From NCBI GenBank assembly GCA_010356995.1, contig ML996687.1:125803-189802 (forward strand): a stretch of DNA of 64,000 bases, in the 5' to 3' direction. The DNA comes from Trichodelitschia bisporula. Its lineage: Eukaryota. Below are positions 24,086 to 36,062 of the stretch, piece after piece (the first letter of the stretch is position 1; the number at the start of each line of letters is the position of its first letter). The notes under the pieces are model-generated. The model was not told the DNA's origin. It made no database searches and saw nothing but the letters and a program-made list of their open reading frames with translations. The translations under genes were made by a program, and so were the position numbers.

Positions 24086-25216
24086 ATGCCACGAAAACGG
24101 ACTGCAGCACCCCCAGGGGAGGAAGACTGGATCAAGGACGCTGCCGTTGCTGCCGCTGAGACTGCCATCGAACAAGGAGGCATGACAGGCAGTAGGTCAT
24201 TGACGACCGCTACAACCATCACTACCACCACCACATCAAAAGCTTCCTCATCAGCACCTAATGCACAAAGCCGTACAGCAACAAAAGAAGCAGCTTACAC
24301 CACCACATCCACCACCCCCAAACCGAAGAAACCCAGCCTCACCCATTTTCTCTGCCTTCCGCTTGTAACGCCATCATCCCGCCCGCGACTCTTGCGGAGC
24401 ATCAACGAATTCATCGCGAAGTTGTGTGATGATGGCGAGAGCGAGCGAGTGCCTCGGTCCGCGATTCGGCCTGTTGGCACGCTGCATTTAACCCTTGGCG
24501 TCATGAGCCTTCAGGGTGCGCGACTAGAGGGCGCATTGAAGATGCTGAGGGGACTTGGGCGTGTGAATCCGGCGGAAGGCGGAGATGGGAAAGCGCCTGG
24601 GACTCATATCACACCAGACCGAACCCCTTCTGAAGTCCAAGTCTCATCTTCGGAGGCAGATACCAAACCAGCTGACTCGACGCCTTCAACTCCGGAGCCG
24701 CTGGTCATTTCTCTCACTGGGCTGCGCACTTTCCGCACTCCGCGCAAGGCTTCAGTGCTATTTGCAGATCCAACGGATACCACGGGGCGCCTCCAGGCGC
24801 TGGGCGAACGACTTCGGGAACTCTTCATGACTGCAGGGTATATCATTGATGAGGGACGTCCGTTGACTTTGCACGCCACAGTGATTCGTATGGGCTCTTC
24901 GAAGGCGGGGCAAGGGAAGGAGAAAGCGAAGACTGCGGCCCCGGAAGCTAAGGGTGCAGGTGCGAGGGCTGAAGTCCCTGAGAGCAAAGTCACCCCCGCT
25001 GCGGCTCGAAAACGCAAGCGGGCTCAACCGGCAACGCTCGATGCAACTGAGCTGATTGAGGAGTTTCGGGACTTCGTCTGGGCTGAAGAAATTCGAGTGG
25101 AGCGGGTCGCCATATGCAAGATGGGAGCGAAAAAAATCATTGGGGAGGGAGGGGAGGTGGTGGATGAGGAGTATGAAGTGGTTGAAGCGGTCGACATACC
25201 GGCGGGATGGTTGTGA
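24086..25216 (+). CDS. 2H phosphoesterase, AKAP7/ASCC1 (2'-5' RNA ligase-like) family
   Basis: LTHFLCLPL, two HxT motifs (TLHLTLGVM, TLHATVI), C-terminal ICKMGA…YEVV; start taken at MPRKR. Confidence 0.88.
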   Translation: MPRKRTAAPPGEEDWIKDAAVAAAETAIEQGGMTGSRSLTTATTITTTTTSKASSSAPNAQSRTATKEAAYTTTSTTPKPKKPSLTHFLCLPLVTPSSRPRLLRSINEFIAKLCDDGESERVPRSAIRPVGTLHLTLGVMSLQGARLEGALKMLRGLGRVNPAEGGDGKAPGTHITPDRTPSEVQVSSSEADTKPADSTPSTPEPLVISLTGLRTFRTPRKASVLFADPTDTTGRLQALGERLRELFMTAGYIIDEGRPLTLHATVIRMGSSKAGQGKEKAKTAAPEAKGAGARAEVPESKVTPAAARKRKRAQPATLDATELIEEFRDFVWAEEIRVERVAICKMGAKKIIGEGGEVVDEEYEVVEAVDIPAGWL

Positions 25217-25448
25217 GCCGCGTTTAGTGAGGAGTGAGTCGAACGATACACTGATAGGGTGGCTGTGAGCCACGTATAGTGAGTGCATACGCACCCTTGA
25301 TGTTGGGAATAGGCTGACTAGTGATGTGTTGTAGTCTTGAGAGCGGGGTTACTTTGGGGGTTTGTGACCATCCCGATTCACTCAACATCGAGCATATAAT
25401 GTATATAACTCGGTTCTCCGACTCCTTTCTATATCCGTCATTACCACA

Positions 25449-27587
25449 ATGTCTCTCATCAACTGGGTATCCGGCAGACGCCCCCTTTGCGGCTCGTGTC
25501 GCATATCCAACCTCACCAATTGGCTTGAAGCCAACATGAGCGTTGGTGAGAACCCGGGATTTTCCTGGGATAACTATATGCTCTGGGTATACCACAAATA
25601 TTCCAACAGTTGTTCGTTTTGTCGACTAATCATCCATTGCGCTAAATATAGTGGGATATCTGAAGTCACGGATGAGCACAACCCCGCCTTCATTGGCATC
25701 CGCTATGCTGGCAACGGGGAGCTGCGCCTGGCGCTGGACCCCTCCGGCAATACTAAGCTAGAGCGGCCCCTGTCCTATGGGATCCGCTTGTGCAAGCCCC
25801 GCACGTTGGAGCAGCTTAAACGGAAGACCCCTGAGGAACAAGCCGCTTTCAACCCTGAGGAGCTCGCCAGCTGGCTGTACAAATGCTGTACCCAGCACGC
25901 AGACTGCCAGGCCCTCGACCGCGCAGCCCCACGTCCGTCCGCCAATTTCCGCCTCGTGGACGTCGAGAACGGATGCGTCGTCGAGAATGTCGTCTCTGTT
26001 CCGTATTGCGCCCTCAGTTACACCTGGGGCAGTGGGTGCAACCTAGTCATCACGCCGGATAATGCCGACCAGCTGCGGACCAAGGGTGCGCTCTACAATC
26101 CTGATACGGCGACGCAGATCCCGCGGTCCGTTAAGGATGCCATGAGTCTTTGCCGAAAGATAGGGCAACGGTACCTGTGGGTCGATCGCTTTTGCCTTCT
26201 GATCGTAGGAGACACTCTAGAGCAACAGCTCGCCTCGATGGATATGATCTATCGTGGTGCGCAGCTAACTATTGTTGCCGCAGCGGGCCTGGAAGCAGAT
26301 TCTGGACTGCCGCCCTTCAACCTGCGCCCGGAGGACAACAAGCGGTTCTTCCATACCGAGAAGGTCATGGGCAAAGACCTGATTGCATGCCCTAATCCAA
26401 AGGGTACCGCGGCAGCGATTGCGGAGTCCTATTGGGCTTCCCGGGGCTGGACGATGCAGGAGTACGCGCTTTCAAGACGGGCCGTTGTCTTCACCGGCCA
26501 GCAGGCGTTCTTCGTGTGTGAACAGACAAAATGGGCCGAAGACTTTGGTCTCGGCCTGTGGAATGATCACCACGATGAGCAGCCTGACTGGGAGATTCCC
26601 TGCACGAGGATCCACGAAAATGACATATACAGCACTCAATTCCTGGAGCCCTACTCACGTCTGGTGGGTGAGTATATTCGCCGGCAGTTCACTGTCGAGA
26701 CCGACATCCTGCGGGGTTGCGCAGGCATGTTGAGCCGCCTTGCCGATGGCATTGGACAACATGTTTGCGGCCTTCCATCGAGGGAGTTTGGTGTTGGCTT
26801 GCAATGGACGGTGGATAAACCGGCTACCATTAAGCGACGGGATCAGTTCCCTAGTTGGTCATGGACTGGCTGGGTGACAACCTCAAAGAGTCGCCGTGGT
26901 GCCGGTATGTACCATAACCACTTGCTCGACAATACCTTCTCGACACTGGACTGCTGGCGGGCTAACGGAAAGGCTCAGCTGGAGCAGTTAGCTGAGTTCA
27001 ATTTGCCGAATCACTTCGACGAAGCTGTCAAATCGCTGTGGGAGAACCACATGCAGATGGTCGACGGGGTTATCATACCCCAGTTCGACACATTTTTACA
27101 AGACAACTTCGAGGCTCCGGCTGACTGGGAACAGCTACTGCAGTCGTTCGTCAACGAGCCTGCCCACATCGTACTGGATCCAAAGCATCGCATCTTCTTC
27201 TGGGCCAGCTGTGCCACTTTCCGCCTCAAGCAACAGCGTTCCGTCCCCTGGGACTCGGTGAATCAAGCGCAGTGCTTCGCGCTCCGGCACTTGCGGGGCG
27301 CGCTGCGGCCGGACCAGAGTATGTGCGGCTGGATGGACCGGCAGCTGTGGCTCGCGACGAACGAGCACGAGATTGAGATCGATCTCGTGGCCACGGCTAT
27401 AGGGTTGGACAAGCGGTCAGGCAAGGAGCTCAGGCTCGAAGATGTGTTCGTAAGCGCGGTGCCGGTGAGGCGGAGGGAGGATCTCGGGCGCGGGGTTGTG
27501 GAGCGGGAGGCAGTGGGGGCACTCCGGATTAGCGTCCCGGAGTGGTTGGCTGCGAGGCCGGTGAAAAGGCTCGTGGTCATGGTATGA
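25449..27587 (+). CDS. HET-domain (heterokaryon incompatibility) protein, intronless
   Basis: W…C..QH..C, FRLVDV, YCALSYTWG, RYLWVDRFC, MDMIYRGAQLTIVAAAG, RGWTMQEYALSRR, FPSWSWTGW. Confidence 0.92.
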   Translation: MSLINWVSGRRPLCGSCRISNLTNWLEANMSVGENPGFSWDNYMLWVYHKYSNSCSFCRLIIHCAKYSGISEVTDEHNPAFIGIRYAGNGELRLALDPSGNTKLERPLSYGIRLCKPRTLEQLKRKTPEEQAAFNPEELASWLYKCCTQHADCQALDRAAPRPSANFRLVDVENGCVVENVVSVPYCALSYTWGSGCNLVITPDNADQLRTKGALYNPDTATQIPRSVKDAMSLCRKIGQRYLWVDRFCLLIVGDTLEQQLASMDMIYRGAQLTIVAAAGLEADSGLPPFNLRPEDNKRFFHTEKVMGKDLIACPNPKGTAAAIAESYWASRGWTMQEYALSRRAVVFTGQQAFFVCEQTKWAEDFGLGLWNDHHDEQPDWEIPCTRIHENDIYSTQFLEPYSRLVGEYIRRQFTVETDILRGCAGMLSRLADGIGQHVCGLPSREFGVGLQWTVDKPATIKRRDQFPSWSWTGWVTTSKSRRGAGMYHNHLLDNTFSTLDCWRANGKAQLEQLAEFNLPNHFDEAVKSLWENHMQMVDGVIIPQFDTFLQDNFEAPADWEQLLQSFVNEPAHIVLDPKHRIFFWASCATFRLKQQRSVPWDSVNQAQCFALRHLRGALRPDQSMCGWMDRQLWLATNEHEIEIDLVATAIGLDKRSGKELRLEDVFVSAVPVRRREDLGRGVVEREAVGALRISVPEWLAARPVKRLVVMV

Positions 27588-28338
27588 AAAGAATTAAAAA
27601 TAGTCAAAAGAGAGTTTTGGATGGATCTTTGTCCTCATCTAAATGTGATATGATGCAATGTGACTCGCGATATCGAGGCTGCTGGTGTTGCACCGGCAAG
27701 GCTGATACATACCCATGACTCCGGTCCCCTGCTCCGTTCCGTCCGGATCGGTGTCTGACCTGCCAAGCCCGGACTGGGGGGTGATGAGATTCAGGGCGTT
27801 GGTTGAGCCTTGACAGCTCAGCAGTCCGTGCCACGAGTGTTGTCCAATCAGTTCTGAGTGACAAGGAGTCTTGCCCCATCCTTCCCTGCCGACGATCTCC
27901 CAAACAGAAAAACACCAAAGCTCCCTGTGCAGCTTCGCTCACCCCAAAACAAAGGTAAAAGCAAGCAATTCACCTGACTTGCAACAGCAACAGAACTGTC
28001 TGTCGTCGAGATCTGACAACTGACCACTGACTCTCCACCAAGTCCCTTTTGTCCTTCCGAATTCTTCCTCCTCTTCTTCTCCAATCCCCATTTAGACATT
28101 TACCCACCTTCTCATTCTCGCTGGTCCCCACTCTCGCTCTCCCTTCTGTCCTTTCCGCCTTCTGTCAACACCAGCTCCAACCACTCGCTTCGCACATTCC
28201 CCTCTATCCATCGCCCGGACGACAGCGCTACCCCAACCCACCAACCCCCCTCCGGCAGGTACGGCTGCCATGAAGCATTGAGATGTTCTCAATGCCCGTC
28301 TGCAGCCTCACAACTCCGCATATCTTATGGCATGAGGC

Positions 28339-31300
28339 ATGTCGCTCACTCCATCCAACCCCCGGATGACGAACCATCCATGGGGCCTTAGAGCTACTCC
28401 CTCCACTTCTCCCTTCATCAAAACATCTCCCGCAAAGTCGTCCCGCACGGCGCGCATGACCGATGCCGGTCTGTCGCTCCGCCGCGTTATCGGCACCACC
28501 GCCAGCTCGCCCAACGCCATCGACACGCTCTCGTCGGCGCGTTCTCTGGCATACACCGCCGGTGCTGCCGCCGTGATTACGACCTTTGACCGCGACTTTC
28601 AGTTGACACAGCGCTTTTACCGCGCGCGGCCTACGGCACTACCTCTTAATCCTTCGCCCTCCATCTACGAGCCATCCACGCCCACCTCTTCTTCCGAGTT
28701 CCGAAAACGGCCCACGGGGTCTCTGCGCGATGCTGGCGGTGCGACGGGGTCGCCTTTTGGCACGCCCAGCGCCGACTACAATGATGCGTCGGGGAGTAAG
28801 ACTTGGGCGGCGCGCGAGCGCGTCAAGGCGGCTACATGTGTGTCTTTCAGCCCGGATGGCAAGTACTTGGCCGTCGGAGAGGTGCGTGCGCTTTCGTTAT
28901 GCAGAGTGATGCTCACGTTACGCAGACGGGCTACCGACCCCGCGTTTTACTTTTCTCGACCTCCAAGGAAGCATCTCCGTACACGCCCTTGACCAGTCTT
29001 TCTGATCACACCTTCGGCGTCAAATGCATTGCCTTCAGTCCGAATTCACAGTACCTGGCAAGTCTGGGCACCGCGAATGACGGGTTTCTCTACATCTGGA
29101 GCATAAATAATAGGAACGGCGCTGCATCGCTGTACGCCAGTAATAAATGCACCAGCAACATCTTCCAGATCGCCTGGATGGGTACCACGCTCGTCACTGT
29201 TGGCACGCGGCATGTTAAGGTGTGGCGCGTCGACGGCTCTGGGGGAACGACACCTGTCAAGGCGGTCGCCAGTTTCGTTTCTACTAATTCCTCGCAAAAG
29301 CTTCTCTCTGGTCGCAACTGTCTCCTAGGACCATTGCTGGAGGCTACATTTACGGCGGTGGTGGGCGTTTCTAAAACAAAGGCCATTGTGTGCTCGGACC
29401 GTGGTGATATCTGCTTGTTGGACGACTCGGACGGCAACCAGCGCTTCGTTAAGGTCGCGGACGCTGGGTTCGCCGTTACTGCCGCTGCGCTCATGCCGGG
29501 CGGCCATGTGCTACTGGCTGGTACTGGAGGCGCAACGAAGACATTTGAACTGGACGTCCTCCTTCAGAACGAGGAGTCGGAGCCCAAGCAGCCGCTGGCC
29601 TCGAGAGACGCCGCTGGCAGCGACGCCGACTGCATCGTGGCTCTTTCCGTGCTGGGAAACCACATCGTCATGGTCGACGGTGGCCGTGTGATCAAGATCG
29701 TGCATTCGCTGTCACATACGGGCAGCGAACCACCGTCTATCACACTTCAGTTACCCGCTCATGGCGGGCCCGTGCAAGGAGTAAGGCCGTTCCCGGGGAC
29801 CGACAGCATTGATGCGTCGTTTTTTACATGGGCTACTGACGGCACGATTCTGTTTTGGAATCCGGAAGGCGCGTGCAAGCATACGATTCAGGTCGAGCTT
29901 GAGCAGACGGATGTCACAGACGACTTTGTGAATGAGCTTAAAGTTGTGAGGCTGTGTCCCCGGCCGGGAATTCTGGTGACGGGTGACAAGTGCGGCGTCT
30001 TGAGGTAAGACTTTTCCGGAGTTTTTAGCATGTATTGACAGTGGTAGGATGATGGATCAGAATTCCGGTGCTTGTAAATCTAGTTTCAGGGCACATGCCG
30101 GTGAGATTACGGACATCGCTGTCTACGAGACAAAGGATATGACGCTTATTGCGTCGTCTGGCCGGGATCGCGTCGTCCAGATTTTCAGCCGATCGGGGGA
30201 GAACTGGGATTTGCTGCAGACGCTTGACGAGCATGTCGGTGCTGTGACTGGGTTGCTATTCACCTCGGACGGCAACCAGCTGCTCTCGTGTTCATCCGAC
30301 CGGACGGTAGTCGTCCGTGAGGCGCTTACGCGGACAGACAACGGCAAGACGATCAAAGCTTTTATGATCCTCCGTACGATCACACTTAAGGCGACGCCGG
30401 TGTCGATGACGCTACCTTCGGACCGCGACGATATCTTGATCATTTCTACGATTGATCGAAATGTGCACAGATACAACCTGGGCAACGGGCAGTCCTGCGG
30501 GAGCTTCAAGGCGGCGGATGCAGATGGTGGAGATGCCGTCGTTGTCTCGTCACTCGTGCATGTCCCCACATACACCGGCCAGAACCTCGTCGCGGGCGTG
30601 TGCGGCTCGGACAAGTCCATCCGGCTGTACGACGAGAACGGCACCCTCCTCGGCCGCGACTGGGGCCACACAGAAGGCGTAACGGACCTAACGCTCATAA
30701 CACCGAAAAACGACGCCGGAGAATCAGGGCTCGTAACCGTCGCCGCCGACGGCACAGTCTTCATCTGGAACTTCGGCCTCAAAGGCACCAAGAACGAAAT
30801 CTCCCGCTCCATGGACCTCATGGGCGTATCCTCTCTCGGCAAGGAATTGGTAGTGAACCGCCCGCCCCTGCGCCGCGTCCTCAGTCAAACCGAAATGGCA
30901 AGATTTCAGCAGCGGAGCCCGGATCAGGATGTTGCTACGCCGACGGGTAAACCGCGCCTGCCGAAGCTGGAGAAGAAGAGTTCTAGGTTTTCGCTGGCGC
31001 AGGCGCCGAGGCTGGATCCGAGTCCGCTGACGACATATGCTTCGAGGCGCAGGCAGAAGGATCGCTCGCCTAGTCCGCCGAGTCCGCGGACTTCGCGTAG
31101 AGCGGAGAGGCGCCCGAGTATGGAGGTGCGGTCGAGGTTTAAGACGAGTTTTGGGGATACGGGTGGTCTCGGCGCGAGTACGGATTCTGTCTGCCGTAAT
31201 CTGCGCGCGTACCGCAAGAAACTCGCTACGAGCAGCGAGCATCTCAGCGCGGAGGCGCTACGAGAGTTGGAAAGGGAGTTGGGGCTCACGGCTAGGGCGG

Positions 31301-31614
31301 TCGGGGAGAAGGCGATGAAGAGCAGGAATGCGGTGGAGGAGAATGCGATGGTTAAGCTGTTGAGTCAGTACTCGGAACGGCTGCTTGAGATGCTGGATGA
31401 GAAGTTTTCGGCGAGTTTGGCGAAGCAGAGTGCGAGTCGGGGGGGGAGTTTGAGTGAGGAGGTTGAGGGAGGGGCGGGGGTGGAGGGGACGGATGGGGTG
31501 GGGAGTGGGAGTGGGAGTGGGAGTGGGAGTATCAGTGCGAGTGTGGAGTCGGGGGGGGAGACGAGTGCGAGTGTGGGGATTACGGGGGAGGGTAAGGCGG
31601 GGGTTGTGGGCTAG
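28339..31614 (+). CDS. WD40-repeat protein, MAPKBP1/WDR62-like (introns 28882-28925, 30005-30047)
   Basis: LRRVIGTT, FSPDGKYLAVGE|TGYRPR, HTFGV..IAFSP, multiple WD repeats, Ser/Arg-rich and coiled-coil tail. Confidence 0.9.
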
Positions 31615-31809
31615 GGAGTGCGTGGAGGGGACACTGGCGTTCACCATATTTCTTTGGCAGGATAAAGGGTGGTGGTAAATCAGGGTGGAGTGAGGGTGTT
31701 GTCGGCGTTTTCTTTGTTTGGGTTGGGGGATGGGATCGGCTGTTGATTGTAGGTGGGGTATTGTTGAGCAGTAATAGGCGCAATGTTCTGGTGGTTTCAC
31801 TTCGAGGGT

Positions 31810-33210
31810 GGAGGGCTTTGATGGGATGGGTGGTAGATGTGAAGGAGGCGTAATGCATCGTCTTCTCGGGTAGGTCTGTCGACCACTGACTGCGTGTGGC
31901 GTATCGCCTTCACCTCGACACAGCCTACGTAGTATGTTACATCTCGGCAGTTCGCAAGTTCGTTCCTATTCGGACTTGAAAGGACCATCAGCCACCATGC
32001 AGCATCACATGGCGAGTAGGATACTCACATACACATAACAGTCGGAAATTCGCCCCCTCCATGGTCACACTCTGAACCCGTCACGTCCGCCCCCCCCATC
32101 AAACGTCACCGCTTGAAGTAGACACGAGGCGGGAGCATCGATATGTCAGGTGGGAGCAACTTTATCCAAGGGAGAGACATGCTGTAATGTGCGCAGGATG
32201 GGAGGAAGGAGCATAGAAGGTTAAGTTACTTGGCATCATCGTGTCTTTGTTCTTGAGCGCCGCCGACTCTCGTCCTCTCTGTACTTTACCGAAACTTCGG
32301 TTTTCACGGTCGCTTCTGCAGGTTAAGGGCCTTTGCTCCCGTTGCTGCTGGACCGGCTCCCACGCCTTTATAGGTTCCTAGGGGCTTCTCCGGGCTGGAC
32401 GGTAGATGCGATGGAGGCGTGTAATGCGTCTGCTTTGGACGGGGCGGGCGACTAATTGTCTGCGGCACAGAAACTTCACCTCGGCACAGTACGCGCACAG
32501 CTCAGCAATTCACAGGTTCCATTGCTTCTAATTCGGACTGGAAAAGCACAGGTCAGCCACCATTCGAACTTGCAGCATCACAACTGGAGGATACTCACAT
32601 AACAGCGGGAAAATTCGCCACCTCTTCAGTTACAGTTTGGACGCGCCACGTCCTTCCCTTATAGAACGTCATTACTGGTATTACCTGTTTGCTGAGGGCT
32701 TTTTGGGCTGGATGGAGTAGATGCAAAAGGGGCACGTAGTGCATATTCCTCAGACAGGTCCTTGACCACTTACGTGCGGCACATCACCTTCACCTCATCA
32801 CAGTACACTCACCTTAGCAATTCATATCACGGAACTATGTCGGGACCCCATCCGGATTCCTTCCAGGTCTAGAGGGGAAGCTTCCTGCCAGCTCACGGGT
32901 GGCGACCGGTACTCTTGCCTTATGGCAGGAGCCTGGGGAGGGGAAAGTCTCTGTCTTTCTTTCCTACCTCTCCTCTCTTCTCCTCCGACACTCAATTTTA
33001 GTTGCACACTTAGCAGAGATGCAGGTTCGTGGCAATTCACAAGTTACGTTCCTTCTAACTCGGACTAGAAAAGCACCTGTCAGCCTTCACCCCCAACCCA
33101 CAGCATCTCGCGCGGGGGATACTCACATAATAGCGGGGAAATTCGCCACCTCCATAGTCACGGTTTGGACGCGCCACGTCTGTCCCCCATCAAAAGTCAC
33201 TGCTGGACTG
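31810..33210. repeat. Three to four degenerate tandem copies of a ~300-nt unit
   Basis: Shared cores TCGGACT.GAA..G.AC…TCAGCC, GGATACTCACAT, AAATTCGCC.CCTC, CACGTC at ~31945-32115, 32500-32680, 33030-33208; partial copy 32693-32825. Confidence 0.85.
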
Positions 33211-33889
33211 GCGCTTACGCCGTGCGCGTAGATCTTCTCCCCGAAGCTCAAATCCGGCGCGCTCAGACGGATCGTAGAATTCGTATACACTGCCTCATCA
33301 GCCCTCATCCCCAACCACATCCTCTCCGTCACTCACCATGCTGCCCTATCAGACCGGAGCAGTAATCATGGCACTCGACCGCAGTCTGGAACTTCATCCC
33401 GTGCCCAATCTGCTCGCTCAAGCTGCTGAGCACCTTCCCGGCACTTCCCCCGCGGCGTAGGATCGTAATCGATGTTCCCGTAGCTTCGTCGTACAGGTAC
33501 CGGAAGTTGAGAAAAGCGCCTTGTTCGATGGCCACCGATGGGCCGAGGGCTTTGGCTCCGTTCATGGTGCGTACGCCGGCGCACCAGCGGCCGGAGTTTC
33601 CTGGACACACGGCTTTATCTGTACTTATCACCCCGCCCTGTGCGCGGTTCCATTGTTCGCCTTTGGCCGCGACGCCGTCGGCTGGGACGCCGGCCCAGAG
33701 AAGAAGTTCGGCGCGTTGAGGGGAGGGCACTGCTGGGACCCGGAAGTTGGTTTCGGCTTCTGCGACGTAGACCCCCGCGGCTGGGGGGCCGAGGCGGAAT
33801 TCAGGGCCGAAGCGGGAGGTGCCTGCGATTGAGGCGGGGGTTAGGGTGTCTGCGGCTGTGAGAAGCGCGAGGCTGAGGAGGAGGAGCAT
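33055..33889 (-). CDS. Small secreted beta-rich protein (concanavalin/peptidase G1-like fold suspected; introns 33290-33336, 33065-33126)
   Basis: Signal peptide; LLLWAG, C…WC, VECH..C, YTNSTI.L..PD, DGGQTW; without the last splice the stop is at 33123. Confidence 0.75.
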
Positions 33890-34592
33890 CGTGGTGGTGT
33901 TATGGTGGTTGTGGTGGTGATGGCATTGTGGTTGAAGGGAATGAGGAAGGTATGTTCCTAAGGCATGTTCCGCAAGCCGATCTCCTTCACATTTCCCAAG
34001 GCGATCCAGTTAATAAACTATATTGCGCCGCCTTTGCGCCGCGATATGACGTCGAGAGCGAGCGTGTCGAAGAGGGCGATACCCGGCCCGCGCGCACTAT
34101 CGGCGCATATTACCCCCGGCTAACCCGCCATGATCCGCGATCCCCATCGGTAGGAACGCGCCGTGGAAACGGTGGCACGTATGTTACACACGACATTCGG
34201 GGAAGGTGCGCGCGAGATTACTGTCGCTTCCCTGGGCAGATAAGCATAGAGCTGCGCGTGGTTGAGAGTAAGTTCCCCCGGCCTCTCCCCGGCGTCAGCT
34301 GATAGCAAGTCCTATATTCCCCCCCCCCACCGCGCCCCGCGGCCCGCCCTTCCCGGTGACGATCCCATCTCCGCGTCCTGAGTGAGGCGAGATTGGGAGG
34401 CCGCCGTCGTGTGCGATAAATGGCGATCCTGTGCCTGGCCCGGTTTTGGCGGAGAGTGCCGCCGGACGTGCCATATGACATATGATCTTCCACGAAGGAA
34501 ACGTACGGCTCCGCTCGGGCGCTGCGTTCTTCTCCTCCGTGGGCGCTTGAACAAATACAGCACTGCGCTCATCGTCGCCCCCAAAACACATA

Positions 34593-35485
34593 ATGCCTCC
34601 CATCGCGGCCCTGCTGCTCCTGCTGGCTCACCTCGCCCTCGTCCTCGCTTTCCCGGCAGAGAGTGTGCCAAAGCAGGACATCTGCGCGTCCGGCCAGCGC
34701 TCCATCGTCGAAAACGCTTTCTCCCGCACACAGATCTTGACTTGGGCCATTGGCTCCGTGTCCAGCCCCGGGGCCACCTGTTCAGCAGTCATAAACCCCG
34801 CGTACAATGCCGAGTGGCAGCACGCCGTCACGAGCGTAACCTGGCGCGGGGCAGCCTTCCTCCCCGCGCGGGGACCGCACGCGCGCGTCGGTGTCGTATT
34901 TGGATTCCAAGGCTGGGCCCCCAAGGCGCGTCCCCACCCCCCCTCCCACCCACCTCAAACTAACCCGCGCAGACCTCCCTAGTAGCCGCCCTCTCCCCCC
35001 CCTACACCGCCCCCTGGAGCACCTCCGTCTCTGTCCCTGCCGAAAACCGCCTCTGGTCGCCCTGCGGCCTCGCCGCGCCCCCGCCGCTGGCCTTCACCTG
35101 GAGCGTGAACATCACGAATTTTAACCCGCCGCATGTTATTGCTGGCAAGATGGGGGATAAAGATCAGCCCGGGGGCGAGTTGACGTTGAGTATGGGGATT
35201 TTGTGGAAGAAGTGTGTGCCGGGCATGCTGGGGAATGTGACGCCGGAGCCGGGAACAGTGGTTGGGACGGCGCCGGTGGGAGGACCGGGTGCGGGGAAGC
35301 CGCCACCGGTGTTAGGGACGGCGCCGGGGGCTGCGGGTGTGCCGGTCCTCGCGCCGGTTGCCGATCTTGTGCCCACGCTCCCTGCGGCGGCGGGCGGAGG
35401 GATCGGGCCTGCGGCTGTGGATGGGCCGGCGACGTTCGAAGTGCATGGGCGGGGACGGCGGGATGCCGAGGGAAGGGACGGGTAG
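34593..35485 (+). CDS. Secreted DUF4360-like protein with Pro/Gly-rich tail (intron ~34926-34972)
   Basis: Signal peptide; SVTWRGAAFL…FGFQG, LWSPCG, W.KC motifs as in DUF4360 proteins. Confidence 0.7.
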
Positions 35486-36062
35486 TAAGCGGCCACGGAA
35501 TAGCAGTCACGGGTAGCAGTGTAAATAGCTAATGAACCAACATCTTGATGCTCCATTACATGCCAAATTAATGCTAAGAAGATGAATAACCAAAAACGGA
35601 CCGTCGATACAGTTGCGGCTGTCCTAACATGATGTAGATGTGGAAGGCGCATTATTATGCCAGGAAGGAGCATACAGGGACGTGATGTAATGAGTGCATG
35701 ATTGAAGGAAGGAGCAAGGGAGGATACTTGTGATGTGGTTATGGAAGGAGCATTCTTATGTCATCAAGGGATATGATGTAGTGTGAGTATCAAGGGAAGG
35801 AGCGTTCAAGGACATCGTGTACTTATGCCTCAAGAGTCTCTGACTCTTCTCCTTCCCTCGTCTTCCAATTCAACCTTCACAATTACCATAGTAGTGTATG
35901 CACGTGCCGTGAGCCCGTCAGTACATCAACTTGTCATTATATAATTAGTCTTCAAGAGTTTGTAACTATCTTCCTCTCTTCGTCTTTCAATCTTTAGTAT
36001 CAGTTCTAATTTGCCTTTGCACGCAGTACGCCTTTGCTCCCATGACAACGCTCCATCATCAA

